Below are positions 18,079 to 28,877 of a stretch of 32,151 bases of DNA, piece by piece. The position numbers and the translations under genes are program-made. Below the pieces are notes generated by a model. The model was not told where the DNA came from, searched no databases, and saw only the letters and a program-made list of their open reading frames with translations. The DNA comes from Thermodesulfobacteriota bacterium (GTDB lineage Bacteria; Desulfobacterota; S145-22): contig JANTFN010000003.1 in NCBI GenBank assembly GCA_024763435.1, positions 1 to 32,151 of the forward strand, read 5' to 3'. The stretch's first letter is position 1. Every line of letters begins with the position of its first letter.

Positions 18079-20766
18079 TTACCATGTTTGACTGATCCAG
18101 TGCGGGCAATCTCCCTTGTCGATGCTAAGATTAATTTTTTGACTTTTCACGGGGGCATCTGTTAGATAAATTGTTTTGGTATCTTTTGACACGCCATTTT
18201 GCGTGTAGGTAAATAGCGAAATATTTAGTTTTGGGGACAACTTCCCGTAACACAGGCAGCCGGGGCCAAAAGGAGTTCCATCAATACCCTGCTTGCATTC
18301 CTTGAATACCCAAAACAGCGCTTCCACGCCGGAAATACCGACCGTGGGGAGGGTCATGACATAACTTATCTTGCCTTTGGGAAATGATGTCGTTTTGTAC
18401 TGGATGGGGGAAGAATTTCCCCTGCCGGTGAAGGAAAAGGTGTCTTTGACTGTTTTGGGTTCAATCCAGAATTTCCAATGACTGTGCCAGGTTTGTGGGG
18501 CGCTCGCACCGAGACGATAGGGGGTTGCAACAGTAAAAGTCAAATATTGTGCCCCGAATTGAGTATGCCCATAATCACCGAGGACAAAGGCGGAATTTGA
18601 GTTGACTTCCATAAAGACTTTTATCCATTTTACGCTTCCGGTTGACGAGGCGCTGAACTGCCATTTGACGTCCTTGATTTTGAATGTTGCATTTTTTGGT
18701 TTCTGGTCATTGGTGATTGAAAAAGCACTGCTTTCGATCTGGGCGCTGCGGTCCGATTTTTCGATGAGCGCGGTATATTTTCCCTGGGGTGTGTCTGCTA
18801 AGACCGCAATCGAGGCCACGCCGCTATAGGGGTTGATAATCAGCTCTTCGGCAATCTTCTTGTGGCTGGCATTCCAAAGCGAAATATAAAGGTTTGTGTT
18901 TTGCAAAGCCTGTTTGTCCAAAACAGTCCACCTAACGTTGTGCCAGCTGCCGGCTTTCCATACCGTTGTTTTGATGGGTTCGGTTATTTTAAGGGTATTA
19001 AAGTAAGCCGGGGCTCTATGGGAATAGGAGATTGAAGGACCGCTGGTTTTTAAAGTAAAAGGCGCACTGTCGCCGGAGACAGTCTTGTTGGATGCTTCAA
19101 CACGCGCGATGAATTGTCCGCTATAAAACTTGGCGGGGATTTTCCAGAGAAGTTCTCCTGTGTTGATAATTGTATTATCGCCCCCTGAGCCGCTACTGAT
19201 TATTGAAAAGGGGGAAGTTTTACCATCCGGATAAATCGTAATTTTTACCTTCGTGGTTTTGCCAAGCCCTATACTGTACCAGCGAATGGGTAATGTCTGG
19301 CCGGACTTCCAGATTGAACCGGATTTTGGGGACCAGACGTTTATGAACGCCGATTCTATGATTTTCGGGGGTAATGGCTTTGCAATGTAAAAAGTATCAC
19401 TTTCACCGTAAATCTTGCTGTTGTTTGAGGCTGAAACGCGGATAAAATAGGTTCCCGCGGGTATTGTCGAAGGTACCGTCCAGGGGAAGGTGAAGCTCAA
19501 AGCGTTAATAGAGCTTTTTATTGTTTTGGTTGTTTTCTTGGTTGTAGCATTTTTAAGCTTGATATTTACCTTATTAATGCTGGCTCCCAAAACAATCCAT
19601 TTTATTTTATGGGTTGTTTTGTAACGCCATACATTATTTTTCATGGGGGATGATATGCCTATACCGTTAGAAGTCCCCATGAAAATTTCGGGTAAAGGAA
19701 GAAAAGCCAGTGGTTTTCTCGCTGCGTAGGGCAATGGTCTTTTCGGTAAAGGCCCAATTCCTGGCTTTGCGATTGAGACGTTTCCCGCGGCAGCCGGTGC
19801 GCGATGCGTTGCCGGCACGTTGCCTGGAATGGTGAAATGTTTGCTATCACTGAAAACCAGGTTATCCAGGGTCTGCACCCGCACTATGTACTTGCCTGTG
19901 CGTTTGATCCTGGAAAGCGACAGACTGAAATGTCCATTGTTGGAAGCGTTTTTCGTCAGCCAGGCCCCATGGCCGTCAGCGGCCAGACGAGATTGTCCAG
20001 CCGGATAAAGCAGAATTTTGATACGGGTATTCATTCTGCCCTTTTTAGACCAGCGGATGTCCAGAAACTTCCCTCTCCAGCCTTTGACCCCGGGATGCTC
20101 CGAGCCCTTCATGGCCAGGGTTTCGATTTCCGCTTTGACATTATAGATCTTCCCCAGCACGTTCCTGACAGGTTTCGCCCTCTCGATATGGGGAGTCCGG
20201 GCGGGCCCTGTTATCCTGACCCCCTGGATCGGTGCGGCAACAATAATCTGAACCGAGGTGCTGTTGTTCTGTGGTCTTATGTCTTCCTGCCCTTTCTTCG
20301 GGATGACCGCAACCTTGACGGTGAAACTCCCCGGCTTTTTAACCTTGAAGGTGGTCTTAACGTCATGTGACTTTCCGGCATCAAGTTTGAGTTTATGGTT
20401 CTTGTCTTTGGTGATCTTCTTTCCGTTCAGGTAGAAGCGCACCACGGCATCCTTGAAGGTCAGGAGACCTGTGTTTTGAATGGTTGCCGTAAAGGTAAGG
20501 GGTTTTCCTATCTTTGGCTTACTGGGAGAGAAGGTGAGTTTCTGGACACTGAGATCACCTTTCAAAGTCAAGGGCCTGGCTTGATGGATTTTCTGGCGGG
20601 CAGGTTGCGCCCGGTGGGATTGCTGCCCGGCAGGGTGACTGTTCCCGGTCCTTTCAGGGGGCGGCAACTGAAGCTGCTGGATGGCAACTGCGGTTGAGCC
20701 ATAGAAGCAGAAGGCTATAAGGGTGAAAGCAAAAATTGCCTGTACGATATATGTCTTCCTTTTCAT
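18079..20766 (-). CDS. Secreted multi-Ig-like protein E (CARDB + ~4 Ser/Thr-rich-family Ig-like modules); lacks the Cys repeat
   Basis: Signal peptide; DLSV....FSP..P..G....TATIQN.G...NN (CARDB); repeated SP.....W..G....I.W ... S..F.I modules; AAGGAGG SD. Confidence 0.85.
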   Translation of the reverse strand: MKRKTYIVQAIFAFTLIAFCFYGSTAVAIQQLQLPPPERTGNSHPAGQQSHRAQPARQKIHQARPLTLKGDLSVQKLTFSPSKPKIGKPLTFTATIQNTGLLTFKDAVVRFYLNGKKITKDKNHKLKLDAGKSHDVKTTFKVKKPGSFTVKVAVIPKKGQEDIRPQNNSTSVQIIVAAPIQGVRITGPARTPHIERAKPVRNVLGKIYNVKAEIETLAMKGSEHPGVKGWRGKFLDIRWSKKGRMNTRIKILLYPAGQSRLAADGHGAWLTKNASNNGHFSLSLSRIKRTGKYIVRVQTLDNLVFSDSKHFTIPGNVPATHRAPAAAGNVSIAKPGIGPLPKRPLPYAARKPLAFLPLPEIFMGTSNGIGISSPMKNNVWRYKTTHKIKWIVLGASINKVNIKLKNATTKKTTKTIKSSINALSFTFPWTVPSTIPAGTYFIRVSASNNSKIYGESDTFYIAKPLPPKIIESAFINVWSPKSGSIWKSGQTLPIRWYSIGLGKTTKVKITIYPDGKTSPFSIISSGSGGDNTIINTGELLWKIPAKFYSGQFIARVEASNKTVSGDSAPFTLKTSGPSISYSHRAPAYFNTLKITEPIKTTVWKAGSWHNVRWTVLDKQALQNTNLYISLWNASHKKIAEELIINPYSGVASIAVLADTPQGKYTALIEKSDRSAQIESSAFSITNDQKPKNATFKIKDVKWQFSASSTGSVKWIKVFMEVNSNSAFVLGDYGHTQFGAQYLTFTVATPYRLGASAPQTWHSHWKFWIEPKTVKDTFSFTGRGNSSPIQYKTTSFPKGKISYVMTLPTVGISGVEALFWVFKECKQGIDGTPFGPGCLCYGKLSPKLNISLFTYTQNGVSKDTKTIYLTDAPVKSQKINLSIDKGDCPHWISQTW

Positions 20767-20857
20767 GACCTGTCCCCTCCTTTTTTCATGCTGAGATTAT
20801 ACCGGACCATTTTCTATGATCCTTTTTTTAGTAGTTACAGGATGGCACGCACCACCT

Positions 20858-23371
20858 TCACCAACAACTTCTGGCTTCTGAACAGGTGAGGGGGTAGAAG
20901 TATACCGTATCATCAAAATCTCTGTAGGTATGAAGCCTCTTATAGATATAACCTTTTACACAGTTGTTGGCTTCATTGGTTTCCATAATAAGATTATCAG
21001 GGTCAATTCTGGCATGGTACTCCCGGACTCCCGGCATGATCCAGTACTCCTGGCGTTGATCGCATTTATATCCGTCTCCCCCAGTATAGGGATCCAGCTC
21101 AGGGATGTCGTAGCACTTCCCCCCGCACTTCTCTATCCAGATGCAAAGTTTTGACGGGGGCGACCGGACAGTCCCCATGTTCCTTACGTAGACAGGGATT
21201 CTGACATGTCTGTTCAGCTTTGCCCAAATTTCACTACATATACAAACGACAAGGTCAGGCAGATTGTTTGCTCTGTGGGCGGAGAAAGTTTTACGGTCTT
21301 CGTTGTTAGATTCATTGGATTCATCGACATCATTGTTGGTATCAATCTCAAGGGTGTGGTGATATTCTCCAGCAGCAGGATAATTGTATGATTTTTCCAG
21401 AAGATAGTGTACCCCGTAGTTAAGGGAAGGAATGTTTATGTCATCAAATTCCTTTTGAAATCTCGGTCCGCTTATGGCCAGCTTTGCCTTCGAAGGGCCC
21501 GCGCTTCCCAGGGAATTGTTTTCAATCAAGGCCTTTACCGTGATTAATCCCTGTGTTTCATCCTCTTCTATTTCCATGTTCCTGATGATCAAGTCTGGTT
21601 TGTAGGTGACAATTTCAAACCGGTCACTGACTGTCAGGTAATTCCAGTCTCCCTTTCTTATTTCGATTCTATAATTGCCTGACGGAATTTCAGGGACCTG
21701 CCAGGTAAAGCTGGTGCCGTGAAGTTCTTCACTTATTAATTCATACCGGACACCCATGAGCAGGACAAAAAAACCTTCCTCAGAATTGTGGAAGTTGTCC
21801 GTCCACTTGAGAGTGTACGTGTTGCCCTGGACGAGAATCGATCCCTTGCGGGGAAAGATTACCATGTTCGGCGGCGGGATATATTCTTCTGTGGCTATCT
21901 GCTGACATGTCATTGTATCGGACCAGGTATTATCTTCGTCGGATTCATCAATCCTGTGGTTCGCATCTGCCTCAATCCTGATTTCCTTGCCGCATGGAGC
22001 GGAAGCAAAAGTGTAAGAAAGAAGTTCTGTTGATACACTTGACGGTAAAGGAGGATTGACGTGCTGGGAATGCACAAGGCTGTTTCCGAACCAGATATGA
22101 ACGTTGAAAGCATCTAATACGGTGAGTGTGCCAATATTTTTTACCTTGTAAGATAATGTTACGGCATCGCCGGGTGAAAAATACCGGGGTAAAAAACTGA
22201 CCTCTGTTACGATAAGGTTTGGACCATCACCAGGCGAAAACAGTTTGCCGGGCAAATGCTTCCCTTCTGCCTGGAGGATTGAAGGCTTTGAAGCCTGCAT
22301 TGTCGGATGCGTTTTCGGGGATATGATTGTCGGCTTAAAGGCTTTCGCTTTAACTTTCTTAAAGGCGACCTGGATTTTTTCACTTTTTTTCAGCACAAGT
22401 TCAGTATCAAAATCCAGCATGCCGCCCGGTTTAGCCAAAAGCTTCTTGGGATCAATGCCTTTCAATCGCCAGCTCTTTGCCCTGCCACCATGGTGGAGGA
22501 CCAGCTTTCCATGCCGGTAATCCCCGGCAGTCAGTTTCCCTTTCCCCCTGTTCCGGACACGGATATGAAGCGTGCCGCCCTTGAGATAAATCCTCACGAT
22601 GGAAAGCAGGGGAGGTGCCTGGGCCAGAAGCGTTGTTTTCTTGGATGCCGCCGGGGCCGGAGAGTACTTCCTGACACTCAGGGTCTTTTCCGCCTCGGCC
22701 TTCTTTTTGAAAAACCGCCCACGTCTCGCCAGGCATTTCCTGTAGGTGGTTTCAACGATCCGGCCATTTAACAGGCACCATCCCATGGGTTCACATACCC
22801 TGGAAGCTGCTTGTTTGTCTTTGAAAAATATGCCCTTCTTTTTGAAACAGTCTCCCTTCTTCATAAGAGAAACCTTGTGGTTGATGCAGCAATATCCTGG
22901 CTGATTCATCTCGCAGTAAAGAAGCGCAGCGCCTTTTTTTTCAAAGAACCGCCCTTTTGCCTCCTGACACTTTCCCCTGACGGTTTTGACGACCTTCCCG
23001 TTGATGCAGCAATATCCCGGCTGATTGATCTCGCAATAGTGGGTCGCCGCTGCCTTATTTTCAAAGAACAGGCCATTTATTCCCTGACAGTCTTCCTTTT
23101 TTAATGAAGCGACCTTGCCATCTGTACAGCACCATCCTTTCGTCTGGGCATTGAGATACGCCTTCGCGGAATTCCTGTCTTTGAAGAAATGCCCCTTGCA
23201 CCTGGACCGGGTGCTTTTGAAGATCTTACCATCCGCGCAGCACCAGCCGGTGACGTGGCTACCCTTTTTAGTCTTTGCGGCTTGTTTGGCATAGGAAGAG
23301 AGAACACTTCCCGCAGTTATCAGCAATGCCGCCAACAGGAAGGTTATCAGGTGTTTTGTCTGTTTTTTTAT
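20858..23371 (-). CDS. Secreted Cys-repeat protein A (5 repeats; CARDB and Ig-like C-terminus); probable ATA start
   Basis: ATA at 23371 follows AAGGAGGA and gives IKKQTKHLITFLLAALL, collinear with MKNQAKHLIIFLLVALL of paralogue D; three CARDB-like modules (PNL.V, PDL.I, PDLVV ... E..E.N). Confidence 0.85.
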   Translation of the reverse strand: MKKQTKHLITFLLAALLITAGSVLSSYAKQAAKTKKGSHVTGWCCADGKIFKSTRSRCKGHFFKDRNSAKAYLNAQTKGWCCTDGKVASLKKEDCQGINGLFFENKAAATHYCEINQPGYCCINGKVVKTVRGKCQEAKGRFFEKKGAALLYCEMNQPGYCCINHKVSLMKKGDCFKKKGIFFKDKQAASRVCEPMGWCLLNGRIVETTYRKCLARRGRFFKKKAEAEKTLSVRKYSPAPAASKKTTLLAQAPPLLSIVRIYLKGGTLHIRVRNRGKGKLTAGDYRHGKLVLHHGGRAKSWRLKGIDPKKLLAKPGGMLDFDTELVLKKSEKIQVAFKKVKAKAFKPTIISPKTHPTMQASKPSILQAEGKHLPGKLFSPGDGPNLIVTEVSFLPRYFSPGDAVTLSYKVKNIGTLTVLDAFNVHIWFGNSLVHSQHVNPPLPSSVSTELLSYTFASAPCGKEIRIEADANHRIDESDEDNTWSDTMTCQQIATEEYIPPPNMVIFPRKGSILVQGNTYTLKWTDNFHNSEEGFFVLLMGVRYELISEELHGTSFTWQVPEIPSGNYRIEIRKGDWNYLTVSDRFEIVTYKPDLIIRNMEIEEDETQGLITVKALIENNSLGSAGPSKAKLAISGPRFQKEFDDINIPSLNYGVHYLLEKSYNYPAAGEYHHTLEIDTNNDVDESNESNNEDRKTFSAHRANNLPDLVVCICSEIWAKLNRHVRIPVYVRNMGTVRSPPSKLCIWIEKCGGKCYDIPELDPYTGGDGYKCDQRQEYWIMPGVREYHARIDPDNLIMETNEANNCVKGYIYKRLHTYRDFDDTVYFYPLTCSEARSCW
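22679..23248 (-). repeat. 5 x ~40-aa G[WY]CC Cys-rich repeat in protein A
   Basis: G[WY]C[CL]x[DN]G[KR]x7-C-x4-G-x-FF-x5-A-x3-C repeated. Confidence 0.92.
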
Positions 23372-23403
23372 AACCTATCCTCCTTCCATTTAGTTTATCA
23401 AAG

Positions 23404-25566
23404 CTACAACGTGAGACAGGAATACTCCCTCTCCCTATCAATAGCTCTCCAGGTGATGTGACAATCATTATTCGAGGTGCTTGTTTCGGGTATCTTGTTG
23501 TGCTGATCAAGAATAACGTGAAAATCGAGATCGTCGCCCCTGTGTGAATCATTATAAATAAAGGTATATATTTTTTCCTGGTGCCCGCCGATCCCATCCT
23601 CAATCCAGCCGGCCATATCAAGGCCCCGGAGATCAATTCTGATTCGCCGCCAGGTTGTTCCAGCTTCTCGGTTTTCTACGGTGATCTGAATAACAAGCTG
23701 TCGTTGCCCGCTCACTGTTCGACGGGAAATTCTGACATGGGATGTGTGAATGTCGATCTCGGGATGTTCACTCTCATCGCCGGGAGTGAACGTGATACCG
23801 GCTGCGTCATTATTGCCTGAACTGTTGGTAACGGTTATTTCGGCAGGTCGATTTTCTCCGGCATAAAGTCTGTCGGTAGGATCTCCGTAAGGATCATCCA
23901 TGGTGTCCGAAAGCTGCATCCTAATCCGGGTGTTATTCCAACTGATAATATTGACCCTGTAAGCGTATCTGTCACCCGGGACAGAAAATGTTAATTGACC
24001 CGGGGAGTCTCCAAAGTTCCTCCCGCGTATCGTAAGCTCCTGGAGAGGTGAAATTTCTCTCTTGGAAAGGCGATCGATACGTGGAACCATCGGCTGAATG
24101 GTGCAGACATATCTGGGACCTTCTTCGCCACTGTAATAGTAAGGTGTCTCGCTGGGTCCACCCGGTCCCGAAGCGATAAAGGTTCCGGGTGCCGGCGGTT
24201 CGACCCGGGCAGGTTTGAGCCAGATCACAGTCTCTTTTGCCGACCGGCCGATGGCTTCTCCCATGGATATCGGAACGATGCAGCGGACACGCCCTTGCGT
24301 CCATTCGGTAATCTCGCAGGAAAAAGTCGCATCCGGCAGGGCAATGACCACATGGCCTTCGTTTCTCCCAAAATCGTGGCCGTAAATGGACAGATTCCCC
24401 CCGACAGCGACCGGATGGTTGACCGATGTAATCCTGGCCGGAAACCCGGGCTCGGGGAGTGATGGTGCCTGCGCAGTCATCCCCGCATTAGATCCGGCAA
24501 CTCTTCGTTCTGTGGTCATGCGCGAATTCTGTAATGCCTTGTTGGATTGTTGAGAGGGAGCTATTTTCCTTTTAAAATAGTCGGTTTTTACTGTTGGCAT
24601 AATCTGCAAAGCACTTGACCTGCTGGCAACAGGGATGAGCAAAGCAGTTTTCTTCGCTTCACCGGGAAGGTTTGAAAATGACGTCTTGATCCTTGCGCGC
24701 CGGGTCAACTTGAGTCCGGTATCGAAATCCACGCTTTTGCCGGGGGTGAGCGCCCCCCTGGGATCGACCTTGCCCAAAGTCCAGGTCTTGTTCTTCGCGC
24801 CAAATGACAGAATAAGGCGGCCCTTGTCGTAATGCTTGCGCGTAAACTTCCCTTTGCCCTTGTTTTTGACCCGGACATAGATGGTGCCGTTTCTGAGAAA
24901 AATCTTCTCCACGGAAAGCAGGGGAGAGAGAGTGGACTTCCCTGATGTCCCCGGACCGGAAGAGGGTTTCTGCTTCTGTGTTGCCTGGCGCAGGGCCTTT
25001 TGAGCTTCCGCTTTCTTGGTGAAAAAACGCCCCCTTCTCGTCAGGCAGATCTTGCGGGTGGTTTCAAAAATCCGGCCATTAAACAAACACCAGCCCTTGC
25101 AGGCCGCGGCGGCTTTTTCCCTGCCTGTGAAGAACTTCCCTCCCTTGTCCTGACAGCCCCCTTTGGTCATCCTTGAGACTTTTCCATCCAGGCAGCAGTA
25201 CCCGGGGGTCTGGGCGTCGCAGTAGTCATTGGCGTCATTCTGGGTTGTGAAGAACTTCCCTCCTCTTATTTTGCAATTGCCTTTGGTTATGTTGGTAACC
25301 TTTCTATCCGCGCAGCACCAGCCTTTTGTCTGGGCATCGAGATACGCCTTCGCGGAGTTCCTGTCTTTGAAGAAATGCCCCTTATGTTCTCGACAGTAGG
25401 AACTGGTACTTTTGATGATCTTGCCTTTCGCGTAGCACCAGCCGACTATTTGACCGCCCTTTTTCCCTTTCGATGCCTGTTTGGCGTAGGAAGAGATGGC
25501 AAATGCGGAGACGACCAGTAATGCTGTGAAAAGAAAGAATATTGCATGTTTTGTTCTAGGGTTCAT
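23404..25566 (-). CDS. Secreted Cys-repeat protein B (4 repeats; two IPT/TIG-like domains + CARDB-like end)
   Basis: Signal peptide ending SSYA; RITSV...G..LSIYG.DFG and PRI..LS......LTIRG.NFG; D..N.I.E....NN. Confidence 0.9.
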   Translation of the reverse strand: MNPRTKHAIFFLFTALLVVSAFAISSYAKQASKGKKGGQIVGWCYAKGKIIKSTSSYCREHKGHFFKDRNSAKAYLDAQTKGWCCADRKVTNITKGNCKIRGGKFFTTQNDANDYCDAQTPGYCCLDGKVSRMTKGGCQDKGGKFFTGREKAAAACKGWCLFNGRIFETTRKICLTRRGRFFTKKAEAQKALRQATQKQKPSSGPGTSGKSTLSPLLSVEKIFLRNGTIYVRVKNKGKGKFTRKHYDKGRLILSFGAKNKTWTLGKVDPRGALTPGKSVDFDTGLKLTRRARIKTSFSNLPGEAKKTALLIPVASRSSALQIMPTVKTDYFKRKIAPSQQSNKALQNSRMTTERRVAGSNAGMTAQAPSLPEPGFPARITSVNHPVAVGGNLSIYGHDFGRNEGHVVIALPDATFSCEITEWTQGRVRCIVPISMGEAIGRSAKETVIWLKPARVEPPAPGTFIASGPGGPSETPYYYSGEEGPRYVCTIQPMVPRIDRLSKREISPLQELTIRGRNFGDSPGQLTFSVPGDRYAYRVNIISWNNTRIRMQLSDTMDDPYGDPTDRLYAGENRPAEITVTNSSGNNDAAGITFTPGDESEHPEIDIHTSHVRISRRTVSGQRQLVIQITVENREAGTTWRRIRIDLRGLDMAGWIEDGIGGHQEKIYTFIYNDSHRGDDLDFHVILDQHNKIPETSTSNNDCHITWRAIDREREYSCLTL
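24991..25443 (-). repeat. 4 x G[WY]CC Cys-rich repeat in protein B
   Basis: Same consensus as in A. Confidence 0.92.
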
Positions 25567-25605
25567 GGTAATTCCCCTCCTTTTTTTATGTTGCCGGTTT
25601 TTTAC

Positions 25606-25645
25606 TCTTTATAAGTAAGTGTCAAAATCACCGAAAAAGTTCATT
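25606..25645 (-). promoter_or_regulatory. Conserved 40-bp upstream element, copy 1
   Basis: 38/40 identical to 31947-31986; ~40 bp upstream of the ATG of B. Confidence 0.7.
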
Positions 25646-26111
25646 CCTCTGTGAAATTAAATTTTTCATGTCTAAATGAAGATTTAACAATTTAAATTCC
25701 CATAAAAAGTTTCCCCTGTAGGGGATCTATTTTTTTCTCCGGAAGAAGGAAAATATTTCCCCCTGTTTTTCTAATACAAGTAAAAATGTCAAAAGGCCCT
25801 TGTTTCTAAACCAGGGCACAACGGAGAAAAATCAAAAAAAGGGAGAATACACCAGGAGTTTTCCAGCGATAGCATAGTCTGCGGCCTGTAACGCGATATC
25901 TCACCGGAAACGCATACCTTAAAGATGATGTCTGTTGTTGGACCATTACGTGAATCTCTAAATTATAGGTTCTCATAAACAATAACATTGTTTTAATATC
26001 ATGTCAAAGTCCTGGCAGTGCTTAACGGCATACGTAAAGGGAAAACTAAAGCGTGTAAATAAAATTAAGTTCATATCGAGAAAGCCCCTTTTTGTTGTTG
26101 GCTAACGCTTG

Positions 26112-28877
26112 TTATTCGATGTAGAAAAAATCACTATAGGCTGTTACGCTGGGACAATTATCAAGCTCGAGGCGCAACCTGTATCTCCCGGTAGGAAGCG
26201 CGCCAGGCCCGCCCATGTTTCCCGCCCCACTGTCGCCTCCTGCCATCGTTACCCCATAAGACGCATCGTAACAGGAAGAGCCGATGACCCACCGAAAGCC
26301 TATTGTCGAAGACACCATAATTCTATAATTAAATGGTAGGTGTCGCGCTATGCAATCATAGTCTCTCCCGTCAGAACTGAGGTAAAGAGAGGCGGTTGCA
26401 GTGGGACAGGGATGGGGGCAGTATGGTGAATTGTCCCACACAATATCCACCCTGTCACCACTGGAGAAACGTCTCCTTGAGCCGGAGAAACCAAGTGTTA
26501 TTGCTGGTTGCTCGATGCGAAACTCCTCGCTTTCCCCGTAAATTCTGGGATCGGTTCTACTTTCAATGCGGATTTTGTACCCAGCTCCCAAGTATATGTC
26601 ACCTCTGCAATCACCACCGATTATCCAGGGGTGATTAGTCAGGTCAATATGTGATAGCGCTGCAATATTTTCAAGGATTGTTTTTATGCGTCTCCCACGA
26701 TTCATCAAGATTGCGTTGATCCTTTCAGGCCTAAAATTATAATGGCAGTGAATGGTTGGGGTGGAACCCAGAGACAGGGTTTCTCCATCTACCGAAACTT
26801 CCATAGGTGGGACAACGCTGAAAGAATGATCACTTTGATCATCAATCAGGGTCCCCCCGGTGATTATTTTGATAGTGTAGTCATCTCCCTCTTCGTAAGA
26901 GCCCGAGACATCATAGTTTACTGTACAGGTATAGGCATTGGCATTGGGACCCGGGGCATCTGAATCAAGTACACAATGGGCGTCTGTTTCATAGATTGTA
27001 TCCAAAATTCGCCCGTTTTTCATCAGTTGTATGAAGAAGTTCGGCAAAGCATCGCCGGGCATGGCAGAATAGTAACGCCATGAAATCGCCTGTCTGCTTC
27101 CTTTGGGCCACAATTCACCGCCGTTGGGGGAGAGCACACTAATACCATAAGCGCGCGTAGTTGATCCTGCGTCCCTGATCCCGCGAGTAAGATAAAAGGG
27201 CTTAGAAGAACCGTGAGATTCATTTTCTCCAACAAAGCGGACTCGGTTAAAAAAAGTCATGACATAAGGGCCCCCTTCCTGGAGATCATCGGGAAGGGTA
27301 CAATCAAGGATAAGGCTTCGCCGATCATCACTCAGAGACACAATAGTGCAAGGCAAGAAACGCCAAACTCCCATCATGGTTTCCGATTGCGATTGCAGGT
27401 GAATCCGTTTCTCCAGTTCATCTCCGGGGGGGCTTCGGAATGAAGGAAATTCCGGATCGGGAATAGAGAGGTAGATTGTCACATGCTCATTGGCAAGGTA
27501 AATTTGTTTCCTTGGTTCAATAGAAACTAACATTCCATGAGGGGCATAAGCATGCATCTCCGGGGGAATCACCCAGCCAATTTGAAAATCATCACTCACA
27601 CCATAGATGGCAGCAGTTGCTCGAACCATTACTGTATAGTGCCGGTTGGAAGGCACGTCTGCTGGAACCGGAAGTTCGACGCGCATTTCTCTTGACGGGA
27701 GCGGAATGACTGAGACGTCAGCGGTGGCAACGATTGTGTCTCCATTCCTAAGGGTCACTTCGGAAATCGGGAGCGGTTCTCTGCTTTCCTCAAAACTAAA
27801 ATGCACTTCGATGGTGTCGCCGGGCATAAAATGATTGGTGGATGAAGGCAGGGAAACATGAATTCCCCGATCAATAAAGAGGGGATTGTGTTTGCCCGGC
27901 TTACGGATGAGGGAAGGCAGTTTTCCCTGAAGCTTGGCGGGTGTCACGCCTGCCGCACGGGATAATGGAGCAACGCTGGTAACACGTCTGGTAAAAACCT
28001 TATGTTTTCCTTCTTTTTGAGTCAGTACTTTCGATGGTCCGAGTCGTACCGTCTTGAATCCTGCTATCCTGACCTTTTTAAAGGTTATCTGGAATTGGAT
28101 TATTTCTCTTTTTTTCAGCACAAGCCCCGTATCAAAGCTCATCTTTCCGCCCGGTTTAGTTAAAAGTCTTTTAAGATCAATCTGCTGTAAGCGCCACGTA
28201 TTTATCTTGCCGCTATAACGGAGGACAAGTTTGCCCTGTTTGTAATCCCGGGCGGTCAGCTTCCCTTTTCCTTTATTCTGGAGACGGATATGGACGGTGC
28301 CGCCCTTAAGATAGATCCGGGCTACGGAAAGCAGGGGGAAGATAGAAGGCTTGGCTGGTGCCTTGCTTGGAACCAAAAGGGACGAGGGAGCCTGCTTCCC
28401 GGACTTTGCCAGATGCAGGGCCTTTTCAGCTTCGGCTTTCTTCGTGAAAAACCGCCCCCGTCGCGTCACGCAGAGCTTTTTTGTACTCTCGAAAATCCGG
28501 TTGGTTGACAGGCACCAGCCTTTCAGTTCACAAGCTGAAGTGGCTTTGGTTTTGTCTGTAAAGAATTTTCCTTTCTTTTTCAGGCAGTTCCCCTTATTCG
28601 AGGAAACCACCTTGCCATTCAGGCAGCAGTATCCGGGGATCTGGCTATCGCAATAGCTCACAGCGGCCTTGTGGGATGTAAAGAAGTGTCCCTTATGCTT
28701 TAGACACATCGAAAGGGTACTTTTGAAGATCTTGCCGCCCGCGCAGCACCAGCCGATAGTATGGCTACCCTTTTTCCCTGAAGGCGTCTTCATGGCGTAG
28801 GAAGAGATGGCAAATACGAAGACGACCAGTAAGGCTGTGAAAAGAGAAAATATTGCATGTTTTGTTCTGGGGTTCAT
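26112..28877 (-). CDS. Secreted Cys-repeat protein C (3 repeats; ~5 Ig-like modules)
   Basis: Signal peptide ending SSYA; VLSPNGGE.W..GS...ISW module; recurrent YG.S..F.I module ends. Confidence 0.9.
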   Translation of the reverse strand: MNPRTKHAIFSLFTALLVVFVFAISSYAMKTPSGKKGSHTIGWCCAGGKIFKSTLSMCLKHKGHFFTSHKAAVSYCDSQIPGYCCLNGKVVSSNKGNCLKKKGKFFTDKTKATSACELKGWCLSTNRIFESTKKLCVTRRGRFFTKKAEAEKALHLAKSGKQAPSSLLVPSKAPAKPSIFPLLSVARIYLKGGTVHIRLQNKGKGKLTARDYKQGKLVLRYSGKINTWRLQQIDLKRLLTKPGGKMSFDTGLVLKKREIIQFQITFKKVRIAGFKTVRLGPSKVLTQKEGKHKVFTRRVTSVAPLSRAAGVTPAKLQGKLPSLIRKPGKHNPLFIDRGIHVSLPSSTNHFMPGDTIEVHFSFEESREPLPISEVTLRNGDTIVATADVSVIPLPSREMRVELPVPADVPSNRHYTVMVRATAAIYGVSDDFQIGWVIPPEMHAYAPHGMLVSIEPRKQIYLANEHVTIYLSIPDPEFPSFRSPPGDELEKRIHLQSQSETMMGVWRFLPCTIVSLSDDRRSLILDCTLPDDLQEGGPYVMTFFNRVRFVGENESHGSSKPFYLTRGIRDAGSTTRAYGISVLSPNGGELWPKGSRQAISWRYYSAMPGDALPNFFIQLMKNGRILDTIYETDAHCVLDSDAPGPNANAYTCTVNYDVSGSYEEGDDYTIKIITGGTLIDDQSDHSFSVVPPMEVSVDGETLSLGSTPTIHCHYNFRPERINAILMNRGRRIKTILENIAALSHIDLTNHPWIIGGDCRGDIYLGAGYKIRIESRTDPRIYGESEEFRIEQPAITLGFSGSRRRFSSGDRVDIVWDNSPYCPHPCPTATASLYLSSDGRDYDCIARHLPFNYRIMVSSTIGFRWVIGSSCYDASYGVTMAGGDSGAGNMGGPGALPTGRYRLRLELDNCPSVTAYSDFFYIE
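28416..28754 (-). repeat. 3 x G[WY]CC Cys-rich repeat in protein C
   Basis: Same consensus as in A. Confidence 0.92.
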
